Shown piece by piece: positions 30,856 to 40,362 of a stretch of 64,000 nucleotides of DNA. This DNA is from Lentisphaerota bacterium. Lineage in GTDB: Bacteria > Verrucomicrobiota > Kiritimatiellia > JAAZAB01. A program made the position numbers and the translations under genes. The notes below the pieces were generated by a model, which worked only from the letters and a program-made list of their open reading frames with translations, was not told where the DNA came from and ran no database searches. The DNA lies in contig JACPGM010000018.1 of NCBI GenBank assembly GCA_016188985.1, positions 4,736 through 68,735 on the forward strand, given 5' to 3'. Numbering within the stretch: the stretch's first letter is position 1; each line of letters opens with the position of its first letter.

Positions 30856-33800
30856 ATGAAATCTGCGGTCATCTTGTTTGTTGCCGGGGTAATCCTGTTG
30901 ACCCACACCGTTGGGAGCGTCCTGGCCCAGGACGAAAACCAGCCTGAAACTGACGCGGAAGTTGATGTTACGGCCTTGCCGGAGAATCCGAATCCGCCGA
31001 CACCACCGCCTGAGGCCGTGGCTGAGCCGCCGGCCGAGATGCCAGCCGTTGCCGAACCTGTGGCTGAAACTCCCGTTGTTGCGCCGGAACAAATTGAACC
31101 CGCCACGCCTGTAGACCAGGCTCCAATAGAAACGGAGCCGGCCTTGCCGGAGAAGACAGACGACGGACGCCGGACGCCGGACGCCGGCCTGGAACCGGAG
31201 AAGCCCGCCGTTGTAGAACCCGCGGAAAAACCGGCGGAGGAAGAGACGGCCATCACGCCCGCGGAAGCTGAGCCGCCCTCCGAAGTAACCGCTCCAACGG
31301 TCGCGGAACAGCCCGCGGAACCTGCGGCTGCCGAAGGGGAGCCCATCCCGGCGGTTGTCGAGCCTGCCGCCGAACCAGTAGTCGTCGAGACTGCCCCGGA
31401 ACCGGAAGCCATAGAGCCGACCCCCGAGGCGGTGGTTGAAACGCCCGAGGTGCCAACGGCCTTGCCGGAGAAGACGGACGCCGGACGCCGGACGCCGGAC
31501 GACGGCTTGGAACCGGAGACGACAGACACCGGACGCCGGACGCCGGACGACGGCTTGGAACCGGAGAAGACGGACGACAGCCTGGAACCGGAGAAGCTCC
31601 CTGTAAAAGGAGAAGAAGAAATTGTTTTTGAATTGGAGCGCGAGGCGGTGAGTGCCACGCCGGAAGAGCCGTCCGAGGCGGTTGAAGAAGCGGTAGGCGC
31701 TGAGCCGAAGGTGTCGCTGTGGCGGCGTCTTGTGGGGCGGGTGCCGCGCGAGCCGGAGGCAGGTAAAGAAGTTGAAGTTGGCGCGCCGAGCGCCGAAGAA
31801 AAAACGCTTACGCCGGAAGAACTGGTTGCCGCCCAGGAAGAAGTGCGGCGCCAGGCCAGGGAAGTTGAGGCGCTTAAATCACTGGATCAGGCCTACCAGG
31901 CGATGGGCCGCAACGAATTTGAGAGCGCCTTGAAACTTTTTAACCAGGCGCTGAACCTTATGCCCATCCGCCCGCATACGGTGGAAACGCGGCAGAAAGC
32001 CAGACAGAGCCAGGCCGAATGCGAGTATCGCCTGGCGCTGAGTTACTACAAGGCCGGTAACTATAAAGATGCCAAAGCCGCCATCAGCCGCGCCTTGGAA
32101 TTCTACCCGGCGCATCAGCGCGTCGCGCGCCTGAGCGCCGACATCAAAAAGGAAGAAGAGCGCATAGCTGAAATCGCCGACCGACCCACGCCGCCCCGCC
32201 TGGCTACGGAGTATCTCGATCGGCAAGGACAGATCAGCGCCGCCATTGATCGCGGCCGGCAGTATTATGCCATCGGCGACTATGAAAAAGCCCGCCGCGA
32301 ATTCCGCAATGTGCTTGCACTCGATGAAAAGAACGACGAAGCCGCCGCCCAGTTGAAAAAGCTTGCCGACAAAATGTACCTGCTCGAAACCGACCAGATG
32401 ACCCGCCAGCAGGCCGAGATGATCTCACAGGTGCGCGATACGTGGACTCCGCCGGTCAGGCGCGAAATCGTCGGTCCGGGGGCGGTCGGGCCGGGTCCCG
32501 AGCCTTTCCGGCCGGGTAAACGCCGGCTGCTGGAGAAGTTGAATGCTATCCAAATTCCCAAGTTGGAGTTCCGCCAGGCTAATATCGTGGATGTGATCAA
32601 GTATCTTGACGAGGTCAGTGTCGCTAATGACAAGGAATCGGCGCCGGGCGAAAAGGGCGTGAATTTTATTCTACATTTAAAGCGGCCGGATGCCGCGGAA
32701 GTGGCGCCGACCCAGCCGGTGGAGGGCGAGCTTGTGGGCGAGGAAGCGACCGTAACCCCGCCGCCGACATCACTGCCGACGGTAACCTTGAGCTTGCGCA
32801 ACATTGTGCTGATGGATGCCATTAAATATATTACGGAAGTTACCGGGTTAAAATACCGGATTGAGGAAAATGTGGTTATTATTACGCCTGCCGATATGAT
32901 CACCGAAGCGTTGATCACGCGCACTTATAAAGTTCAGCCCGCCATTGCGGATATGATTATTGGCGCGGCGGAAACCGCCGGGGGCGTTACCGAGCTGGGC
33001 GGCCCGGCGCCGACCGTGGAGCGGGGCGACGTGAAAAAATTCTTTATTGATGCCGGCGTGCCTTTTCCGGATAGCACCTCGATTGTCTACAAGCCGAGCT
33101 TAAACCTGCTGATCGTCAAGAACACGGCCGAAAACCTGGAAAACTTTGAGCGCATCCTCAACTCCCTGAACGTTGTGCCGGTGCAGGTGGAAATCGAGGC
33201 CCGTTTTGTGGAAGTGGCTCAGAGCGACCTGGAGGAGCTGGGCCTGGAGTGGTTATTGACCGACAACTGGGAAGTGGCCCAGGATGCCAGCGCTAATGCC
33301 CCGCTGCAGCTCAGCGCCCGTGAACGCATCCAGGTGAATCAGGGCTCTTTTTCGAGGGGCCTGCGCACCCTGGCCATGGGCGCCAGCGGTGTCGCGGCGG
33401 TCCCCGGCGGCGATATGGCCGGGGTAATCTCCATTGCCAGCGTTCTGACCAATCCGGAAATGACCATGATTCTGCATGCCCTCGAGCAGCGCAGCGGCGC
33501 TAATCTGCTGTCCGCGCCCAAGGTGACCACCCGCAGCGGCGCCAACGCCGAAATCAAAGTGGTTCGCGAACTGATTTATCCGACCGAATTTACCTTAACC
33601 CAACCGCAGGTTTCGGGGAGTGGCGCCGGCAGCCTGGCGGTGGTAGGTCAAGCCGTGGTTACCCCGGCGGGGTTCGAAAAGCGCGATACGGGCGTCGTGC
33701 TGAATGTTACGCCGACCGTGGGGCCGGACGGTTTTTCCATTGACCTGGTTATGCTGCCCCAGGTGGTTGAACTGGCCGATTGGATCAATTATGGCTCATC

Positions 33801-34164
33801 ATTTACGGATGCGCAGGGTAACCCGCAACAATGGAATATGCCCCAGCCGATTTTCCATAGCCGCACGATTACCACGGGCATTACCATCTGGGACGGCCAG
33901 ACCGTGGTAATGGGCGGGCTGATTACCGAAGGCCAGTCCACCACCCAGGATAAAGTCCCGGTTCTGGGCGATATTCCCCTGGTGGGCGCGCTCTTCCGCA
34001 GCAAGAGCAGCGTCAGCCGGAAATTCAACCTGTTGATCTTTGTCACCGCCAACCTGGTTGATCCGGCCGGCAACAAGATTAATAAGGAAGGCATTGCCAC
34101 TGCCGCCGGCACCGTCGGCGCCGCCGCCCCAGCCGCCGGCGTGGCCGCCACAACGACGCCCTGA
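30856..34164 (+). CDS. Secretin (PilQ/GspD family) with long Pro/Glu/Ala-rich N-terminal region and TPR-like segment
   Basis: C-terminal secretin domain: VPVQVEIEARFVEV, LSAPKVTTRSGANAEIKV, GQTVVMGGLI...VPVLGDIPLVGALFRS...NLLIFVTANLV. The track ORF starts at GTG 30832; ATG 30856 (MKSAVILFVAGV signal) preferred. Confidence 0.9.
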   Translation: MKSAVILFVAGVILLTHTVGSVLAQDENQPETDAEVDVTALPENPNPPTPPPEAVAEPPAEMPAVAEPVAETPVVAPEQIEPATPVDQAPIETEPALPEKTDDGRRTPDAGLEPEKPAVVEPAEKPAEEETAITPAEAEPPSEVTAPTVAEQPAEPAAAEGEPIPAVVEPAAEPVVVETAPEPEAIEPTPEAVVETPEVPTALPEKTDAGRRTPDDGLEPETTDTGRRTPDDGLEPEKTDDSLEPEKLPVKGEEEIVFELEREAVSATPEEPSEAVEEAVGAEPKVSLWRRLVGRVPREPEAGKEVEVGAPSAEEKTLTPEELVAAQEEVRRQAREVEALKSLDQAYQAMGRNEFESALKLFNQALNLMPIRPHTVETRQKARQSQAECEYRLALSYYKAGNYKDAKAAISRALEFYPAHQRVARLSADIKKEEERIAEIADRPTPPRLATEYLDRQGQISAAIDRGRQYYAIGDYEKARREFRNVLALDEKNDEAAAQLKKLADKMYLLETDQMTRQQAEMISQVRDTWTPPVRREIVGPGAVGPGPEPFRPGKRRLLEKLNAIQIPKLEFRQANIVDVIKYLDEVSVANDKESAPGEKGVNFILHLKRPDAAEVAPTQPVEGELVGEEATVTPPPTSLPTVTLSLRNIVLMDAIKYITEVTGLKYRIEENVVIITPADMITEALITRTYKVQPAIADMIIGAAETAGGVTELGGPAPTVERGDVKKFFIDAGVPFPDSTSIVYKPSLNLLIVKNTAENLENFERILNSLNVVPVQVEIEARFVEVAQSDLEELGLEWLLTDNWEVAQDASANAPLQLSARERIQVNQGSFSRGLRTLAMGASGVAAVPGGDMAGVISIASVLTNPEMTMILHALEQRSGANLLSAPKVTTRSGANAEIKVVRELIYPTEFTLTQPQVSGSGAGSLAVVGQAVVTPAGFEKRDTGVVLNVTPTVGPDGFSIDLVMLPQVVELADWINYGSSFTDAQGNPQQWNMPQPIFHSRTITTGITIWDGQTVVMGGLITEGQSTTQDKVPVLGDIPLVGALFRSKSSVSRKFNLLIFVTANLVDPAGNKINKEGIATAAGTVGAAAPAAGVAATTTP
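31147..31596 (+). repeat. GACG-type heptad arrays with CCGGAGAAGAC caps embedded in frame in the secretin gene
   Basis: 31147-31202 and 31465-31596: CCGGAGAAGAC(A/G)GACG(A/C)CGGACGCCGGACGCCGGAC...GGAACCGGAGAAG encoding LPEKTDDGRRTPDAGLEPEK repeats. Same nucleotide motif as non-coding 2397-2455. Confidence 0.85.
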
Positions 34165-34175
34165 GCTCTCTTTTT

Positions 34176-34259
34176 CGATTGCCGATTTGCGATTTCAGAT
34201 TTCCCTGGATAAGGCAGACTACGTGCAGAATTAGTAATCGGTAATCGGCAGTCGCAATC
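34176..34259. terminator. Heptad-periodic inverted arms 12 nt after the secretin stop (hairpin; candidate terminator)
   Basis: CGATTGCCGATTTGCGATTTCAGATTT (34176-34202) versus ATTAGTAATCGGTAATCGGCAGTCGCAATC (34230-34259). End of the operon. No clear U-tract. Confidence 0.4.
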
Positions 34260-34300
34260 ATATTTTTCTGTAGCCGTCGGACGTCAGGCCGACGTTCCGG

Positions 34301-34333
34301 TCCACCGAAGGCGGATCCGCCTTTGGCGGAAAA
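34301..34333. repeat. GGCGGATCCGCC palindrome family member
   Basis: TCCACCGAAGGCGGATCCGCCTTTGGCGGAAAA. Other members at 1531-1558, 2532-2567, 7381-7398, 21213-21240 and 21261-21294. Confidence 0.8.
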
Positions 34334-34381
34334 CGCGAGCCTACCGTCTCGCGGCTACAGGTTAAATTGCATATTTCCCAA

Positions 34382-35248
34382 ATGCCCTCCCGTCTTTTAC
34401 TCGTGGATGCTCACTGTTTGGTCTATCGCGCGTTTTATGCTATTACCGGCCTGGCCACCGCCGCCGGCAAGCCCACTAACGCGGTCTTTGGCTTCATCAA
34501 GACGCTTAAGGCCATGGAACGCTTCTGGCGACCGTCGCATTGTCTGGTGGTCTTTGACGGTGGCTTGCCCGCCGAACGGCTGGCGCTCTTGAGCACCTAT
34601 AAGGCCCAGCGGCCGGCCATGCCGACGGCGCTGCGCGAGCAATTGCCGCTGATTGGCGCCTGGCTGGATGCCGGAAAAATAGCCCATGTGCGCCTGGAAG
34701 GTCAGGAAGCGGATGATGTCGCCGCCTCGGTGGCGGTCCAAGCCGCCGCCCAAGGCCTGGACGTTCTCATCGCCTCCAGCGATAAGGACTTGTTCCAGTT
34801 GGTTAGCCCATCCATTGCCATGATCCTGCCGGGCAAGGTGGAAGAAAAGTACGGCCCCCCTGAGGTGGTGGCCAAACTGGGTATCCGTCCGGACCAGGTG
34901 GTGGATTTCCTTGCGCTGACCGGCGACAGTTCCGACAATATTCCGGGTGTGCCGGGCATCGGCGCCAAGACCGCGGCCAAACTTCTTCAGCAGTGGCAAT
35001 CCCTGGCGAATGCGCTGGAGCATGCCGCGCAGATCGAACCGGAAAAGGTGCGGCGCGCCCTCAGCGAACATCGCGAACTGCTGGAACGCAACCAGGCCAT
35101 GCTCCGGCTTCAGACGAGCATTGATTGCGGCCTGTTGCTGGAGGCGCTGCGGGTCCGGCCGCCGGATGTGCCCCGTCTGCTGGCCTTGTATCAGGAACTG
35201 GAGTTTCATTCGCTGGCTAAAGCACTGCAAGAACCCGCGCTGTTCTGA
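34382..35248 (+). CDS. Stand-alone 5'-3' exonuclease (Pol I N-terminal/FEN-like domain)
   Basis: LLLVDAHCLVYRAFYA, VVFDGG, YKAQR, EADDV, SSDKDLFQL, LTGDSSDNIPGVPGIGAKTA (H3TH). ATG 34382 preferred over TTG 34367. No polymerase domain follows. Confidence 0.85.
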   Translation: MPSRLLLVDAHCLVYRAFYAITGLATAAGKPTNAVFGFIKTLKAMERFWRPSHCLVVFDGGLPAERLALLSTYKAQRPAMPTALREQLPLIGAWLDAGKIAHVRLEGQEADDVAASVAVQAAAQGLDVLIASSDKDLFQLVSPSIAMILPGKVEEKYGPPEVVAKLGIRPDQVVDFLALTGDSSDNIPGVPGIGAKTAAKLLQQWQSLANALEHAAQIEPEKVRRALSEHRELLERNQAMLRLQTSIDCGLLLEALRVRPPDVPRLLALYQELEFHSLAKALQEPALF

Positions 35249-35353
35249 AGGTGATCTGTAATTTTATATCCGAGTAGCTGCGCCGGTGACGGCGCGGATT
35301 CCTCCGGCAGCCACGGCGTCACCGCCGCGTCTACATGAAACAGGCTTAAATCC

Positions 35354-37372
35354 ATGATTGCCCGTTACATAAAAATCCTGCTAGCCGTGCTGGGACTCTC
35401 GGCGTTGTTTGCCGCCGGCCTGACTATCCGGCGTGTTGTGCTTTCCACCCAGTTTGCGCAGTATGGGCGGCCATTGCCGTTTAACCTGGAAAGCGCGCTG
35501 GAGTTTCGCTATGTCCGCATGCTCTTTGAAACCGGGCGCATCCCTTACCGGGACAAGGCCATTCAGGCGCCCGAAGGCGTCGTGGTGCGCGCCACATATA
35601 CGCTGGGCGCGGAATATGTTTATGCCGCGCTGGCGCGTTTGCTCCCGGACACGCTCCCCCTGGATGAACGCGTGCGTTGGATCGCGGTCGCCTGGTTCTG
35701 CCTGGGCATTCCCCTGCTGAGTATTTGGTTGTGGGCCTGGACCAGGTCGCTTTGGGCGGGCGGACTGGCCGGGGCTTATTACGCCGTGGCGCTCTCCGCC
35801 GTTATGCGCTCAACCGGCCAGGAACTCCACCATGAAAATTTTGCGCTGCCGTTGCTGATTGCTTACTTGGCCTTGGCTGCTCTGGCCGGCCGCGCCGCCG
35901 GGCGTGGCGCATTTTTGCTTTTGGCTTTGCTCGCCGCGCTCGCCTTGGCCTGCGCCGCGGCAACCTGGGACCTGATTCAGTATTATCTCATTGTCTGGGC
36001 CGTGGTTCATTACGCCCGATTTGTATACGGTGAATATTTCCGTGCGGAGCGCCGGCGCCTGGCCTGGTGGCTGACGCTGCTCGCCCTCGGCGGCGCCGGA
36101 GTGCTGAACCCCTATCTGCGCGCCCATGCGTTTCTGGCTTCGTATGCCATGCTGCTGGTCTACGGCGTGGCCTTGGGCCTGCTCGCCGAACGGCTTTTGG
36201 CGCGGCCTCTGGCGCGAGCGCTTCTACCCTTATTGCCCGTGGTGGCGGGGGTGATCTTTTTGTCCGCTTATGGTGAAACCTATAACCATTTTCTTAGCTT
36301 GCTCTGGGCTAAACTGCGCTTTTTCGACCATAAACCGGCCGACCCCGCGCTCTTGACCTTCGACCAGCGCATCCTCTGGACCCCCCCCTTAAATTCCGCA
36401 ACTTTTCTGTTGACAGCCCGGCTGTTTCCTGCAACACTACCCTTGTTTTTATTGGCTGGTACCATCGCCTTTTTTCATTCACGTAAGCACCCTGATCCGG
36501 AAATCAATCGTCTGCTTGCATTTACGATCGTTACATTCCTAACCTTTTTGCTTTTCGTGCGGTTCCATGTGTTCCTGATCCTGGGACTGGCGGCGTTGCT
36601 GGGATGGTTAGGTTACTGGGTTTTCATCAAACGCAGTTTGTGGCGCTGGCTGGTCCTGGTGCTGTTGTTCTTTGGGCTGGGGGTGGAGGCCGCGCAGGTT
36701 CTAAGAAATCCTGTGCGCTGGGGCAGTTGGCCGGGCTATCTCCGGGAAAAACAGGAACTGGTCCAGTGGCTGCGCGCTAATACGGCCGGCGGGATCGTCC
36801 TGGCCAATTTCGGCTTGAGCGCTTTTTTGCTGACTTATGCGGATTGTCCCATTGTGTTGCACCCGAAGTTCGAGTCGCCGGTTATTCGTGAACGCGTGCG
36901 CGCCTATGGTGAAACCTTGTTCACGGCCGACGAGCAAGCCTTGCGCGCCTGGATGGAACCTTTGCGGGTCCCCTATTATGTCTATGCCCGCGGCGAGTTT
37001 GCCGATGTTCAGCCGGAATCCCAGATGCGCTATTTCGTGAATGCCTTGAATCCGCCGGTGTTCGCCGCCGCGCGTCTGTTTGAGGAGCGTCCGGACGAAG
37101 GCCGTTATTTCCGTTTGCTGTGGGAAAATGCCAAGTATCGCGTCTTCCGCGTCATCACGCGCGCGGATGAGCGCATGGCCCGGCGTCTGGCCGCGGAGGC
37201 GGCGCAGGCTTTGCGTGGTGGTCGCGTGGCGGAGGCCGAAGGCAAGGGGAGCCAAGCCTTGATGTACGACCCGCAGAATACCAATGCGATGCAGGTCCTT
37301 TTACACGCGCAAGAACGGCGCGCTGGCGCCCAGTCGCCGGCGGGCGCCCCGCCGCGTGGAACAGCAGAGTAA
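35354..37372 (+). CDS. Polytopic membrane protein with soluble C-terminal domain (possible GT-C-type glycosyltransferase)
   Basis: At least 12 hydrophobic segments over about 440 aa, then a soluble about 230-aa region ending in a TPR-like helix pair. Function is inference only. Confidence 0.6.
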   Translation: MIARYIKILLAVLGLSALFAAGLTIRRVVLSTQFAQYGRPLPFNLESALEFRYVRMLFETGRIPYRDKAIQAPEGVVVRATYTLGAEYVYAALARLLPDTLPLDERVRWIAVAWFCLGIPLLSIWLWAWTRSLWAGGLAGAYYAVALSAVMRSTGQELHHENFALPLLIAYLALAALAGRAAGRGAFLLLALLAALALACAAATWDLIQYYLIVWAVVHYARFVYGEYFRAERRRLAWWLTLLALGGAGVLNPYLRAHAFLASYAMLLVYGVALGLLAERLLARPLARALLPLLPVVAGVIFLSAYGETYNHFLSLLWAKLRFFDHKPADPALLTFDQRILWTPPLNSATFLLTARLFPATLPLFLLAGTIAFFHSRKHPDPEINRLLAFTIVTFLTFLLFVRFHVFLILGLAALLGWLGYWVFIKRSLWRWLVLVLLFFGLGVEAAQVLRNPVRWGSWPGYLREKQELVQWLRANTAGGIVLANFGLSAFLLTYADCPIVLHPKFESPVIRERVRAYGETLFTADEQALRAWMEPLRVPYYVYARGEFADVQPESQMRYFVNALNPPVFAAARLFEERPDEGRYFRLLWENAKYRVFRVITRADERMARRLAAEAAQALRGGRVAEAEGKGSQALMYDPQNTNAMQVLLHAQERRAGAQSPAGAPPRGTAE

Positions 37373-37383
37373 ACCCGGTTATT

Positions 37384-37668
37384 GCTTAGTGTTCAAAGAC
37401 ATAAATACGCTCACGTTAGTGGGAGCGCCGTTGGGCAGGACGCACGGCGCGTTCGCGGCGCCAATCCCTGGAAGGGCTTGGCCCGCGAATGCAACAAAGC
37501 GCACTGCCCAACGCCGCCCCATTCTTCGGAACCGGGCGCTTTTGGCGCTGGGCCGCGTTCTTCGCGCCGGGCAAGGCCTGGCAAGGTATTGCTCCGGCGC
37601 GAACGCCTTGCCCAGCGCCAAAATCGCCTCGGCTAACGTTAGCGAATTTATGCCTTTGAGCACTTAGC
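37384..37668. repeat. 285-bp highly structured element with 38-bp terminal inverted repeats and two long internal hairpins (MITE or structured RNA)
   Basis: GCTTAGTGTTCAAAGACATAAATACGCTCACGTTAGTG (37384-) versus rc of 37631-37668, GCTAAGTGCTCAAAGGCATAAATTCGCTAACGTTAGCC. Internal stems: 37425-38/37504-17, 37449-58/37483-92, 37461-68/37474-81, 37539-53/37610-24, 37555-70/37594-606. Confidence 0.7.
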
Positions 37669-37722
37669 ACTTAGGCCACCTTTGATATGCCCGCCTTTGG
37701 CTGAAAAGCTGATGTAATAGTT

Positions 37723-38386
37723 ATGGCTTCCAGAATATCAGACAGGGAAATGCCACGCTCTTCTGCTTCCTGGCTGCGTCTTTGCCTTACCGGCGGCCTG
37801 GCTTGCGGCAAAAGCCTGGTCGGCGCGTTCCTGCGCCGCCGCGGGGTTCCGGTGATCGAGGCCGATGATGTCTGTCACGATCTGCTGCGCGTGGGTACGC
37901 CCCAGTTTGCCAAGGTCGTTGCCGCCTTTGGTCGGACTATTCTTGGCTCCGATGGCGCGATTGACCGCGGCGCCTTGGGCGCCCGCGTGTTTGGCGATCC
38001 CGCGGCGCTTGCGCAGTTGAATGCGCTCTTGCATCCCGCGGCTCAAGCGGCCATTGCCGCGTGGGTAACGGCGCGCTGCGCAGAGGCCCGGGCCGGGCGC
38101 GCTGCTCTCTGGCGCGGCGGGGCGGTGGCTATTATTCCGCTGGTCTACGAGGTGGGCTGGGAATCAGCCTGGGACCGGATTATCTGCGTGGGCGCGCCGC
38201 CGGCCGTCCAACGCGAGCGCCTGCGCGCCAAAGGATTCGGCGTAAAGGAAATTCAAGACCGGCTTGCCGCCCAGTGGCCGGTGGAAGAAAAGATGAAGCG
38301 CGCTGATTACGTGATTTTTAATTCCGGCAACGAGGAATGCGCCCGACAGCAAACCGTTCAAGTCATGCAACAAGTGGAGAACAGCA

Positions 38387-38397
<11 letters not shown>
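37723..38397 (+). CDS. coaE: Dephospho-CoA kinase
   Basis: [32 protein letters not shown]-loop context; ...PLVYEVGWE...; CoaE-like length. Start may be ATG 37750. Confidence 0.85.
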
Positions 38398-39937
<1,540 letters not shown>

Positions 39938-40172
39938 GAAATATTGGTTCTTTCTTAAAAAGTGTGATCCATGATTTATGCCGCGGCGGTGACGCCGCGG
40001 CCTGCCCGCCCGCCTACATCGCTGGACAAAGTCCTGCCTGCCCGCAGTGGCTGCGCCACAGGCGCTGCAGGCGGGCCGTCGGAAGAATCCACGTCCTCAC
40101 GGACGTGGCTACAAATATCTTAAGCAATATTTAATGGTTGAATGCTTCAACGCTTTGGTAGTTTAATACATA

Positions 40173-40330
40173 GGAATTTCAAAGTTCGGACTGGATTCCC
40201 TCTTTTGCGGGAATGACAGACAAAGTCAGCCTGGTTGTCATTCCCGATCTAATGCTACTCTGCGAAGTAAGCCTTCGCTACGAAGCACGAGTCGGGAATC
40301 CAGAATAGTTCCGGATTTGCCGCCTAATTC
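40173..40330 (+). repeat. Structured intergenic repeat, copy 2 of 2 (with about 38-nt insertion)
   Basis: Collinear with 389-509. Extra segment ATGCTACTCTGCGAAGTAAGCCTTCGCTACGAAGCACGAG sits between the third and fourth ATTCCC/GGGAAT segments. Lies 33 nt upstream of tig. Confidence 0.8.
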
Positions 40331-40362
40331 AATGATCCTCGGTTTTGCGGAGAGGCTCGCTC

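Noticed and set aside
37382-37670. Four overlapping 84-127-aa ORFs on both strands
   Set aside because: The region is a near-perfect composite palindrome, so open frames on both strands mirror each other. There are no RBSs and the composition is not protein-like. It is treated as a structured DNA/RNA element instead.
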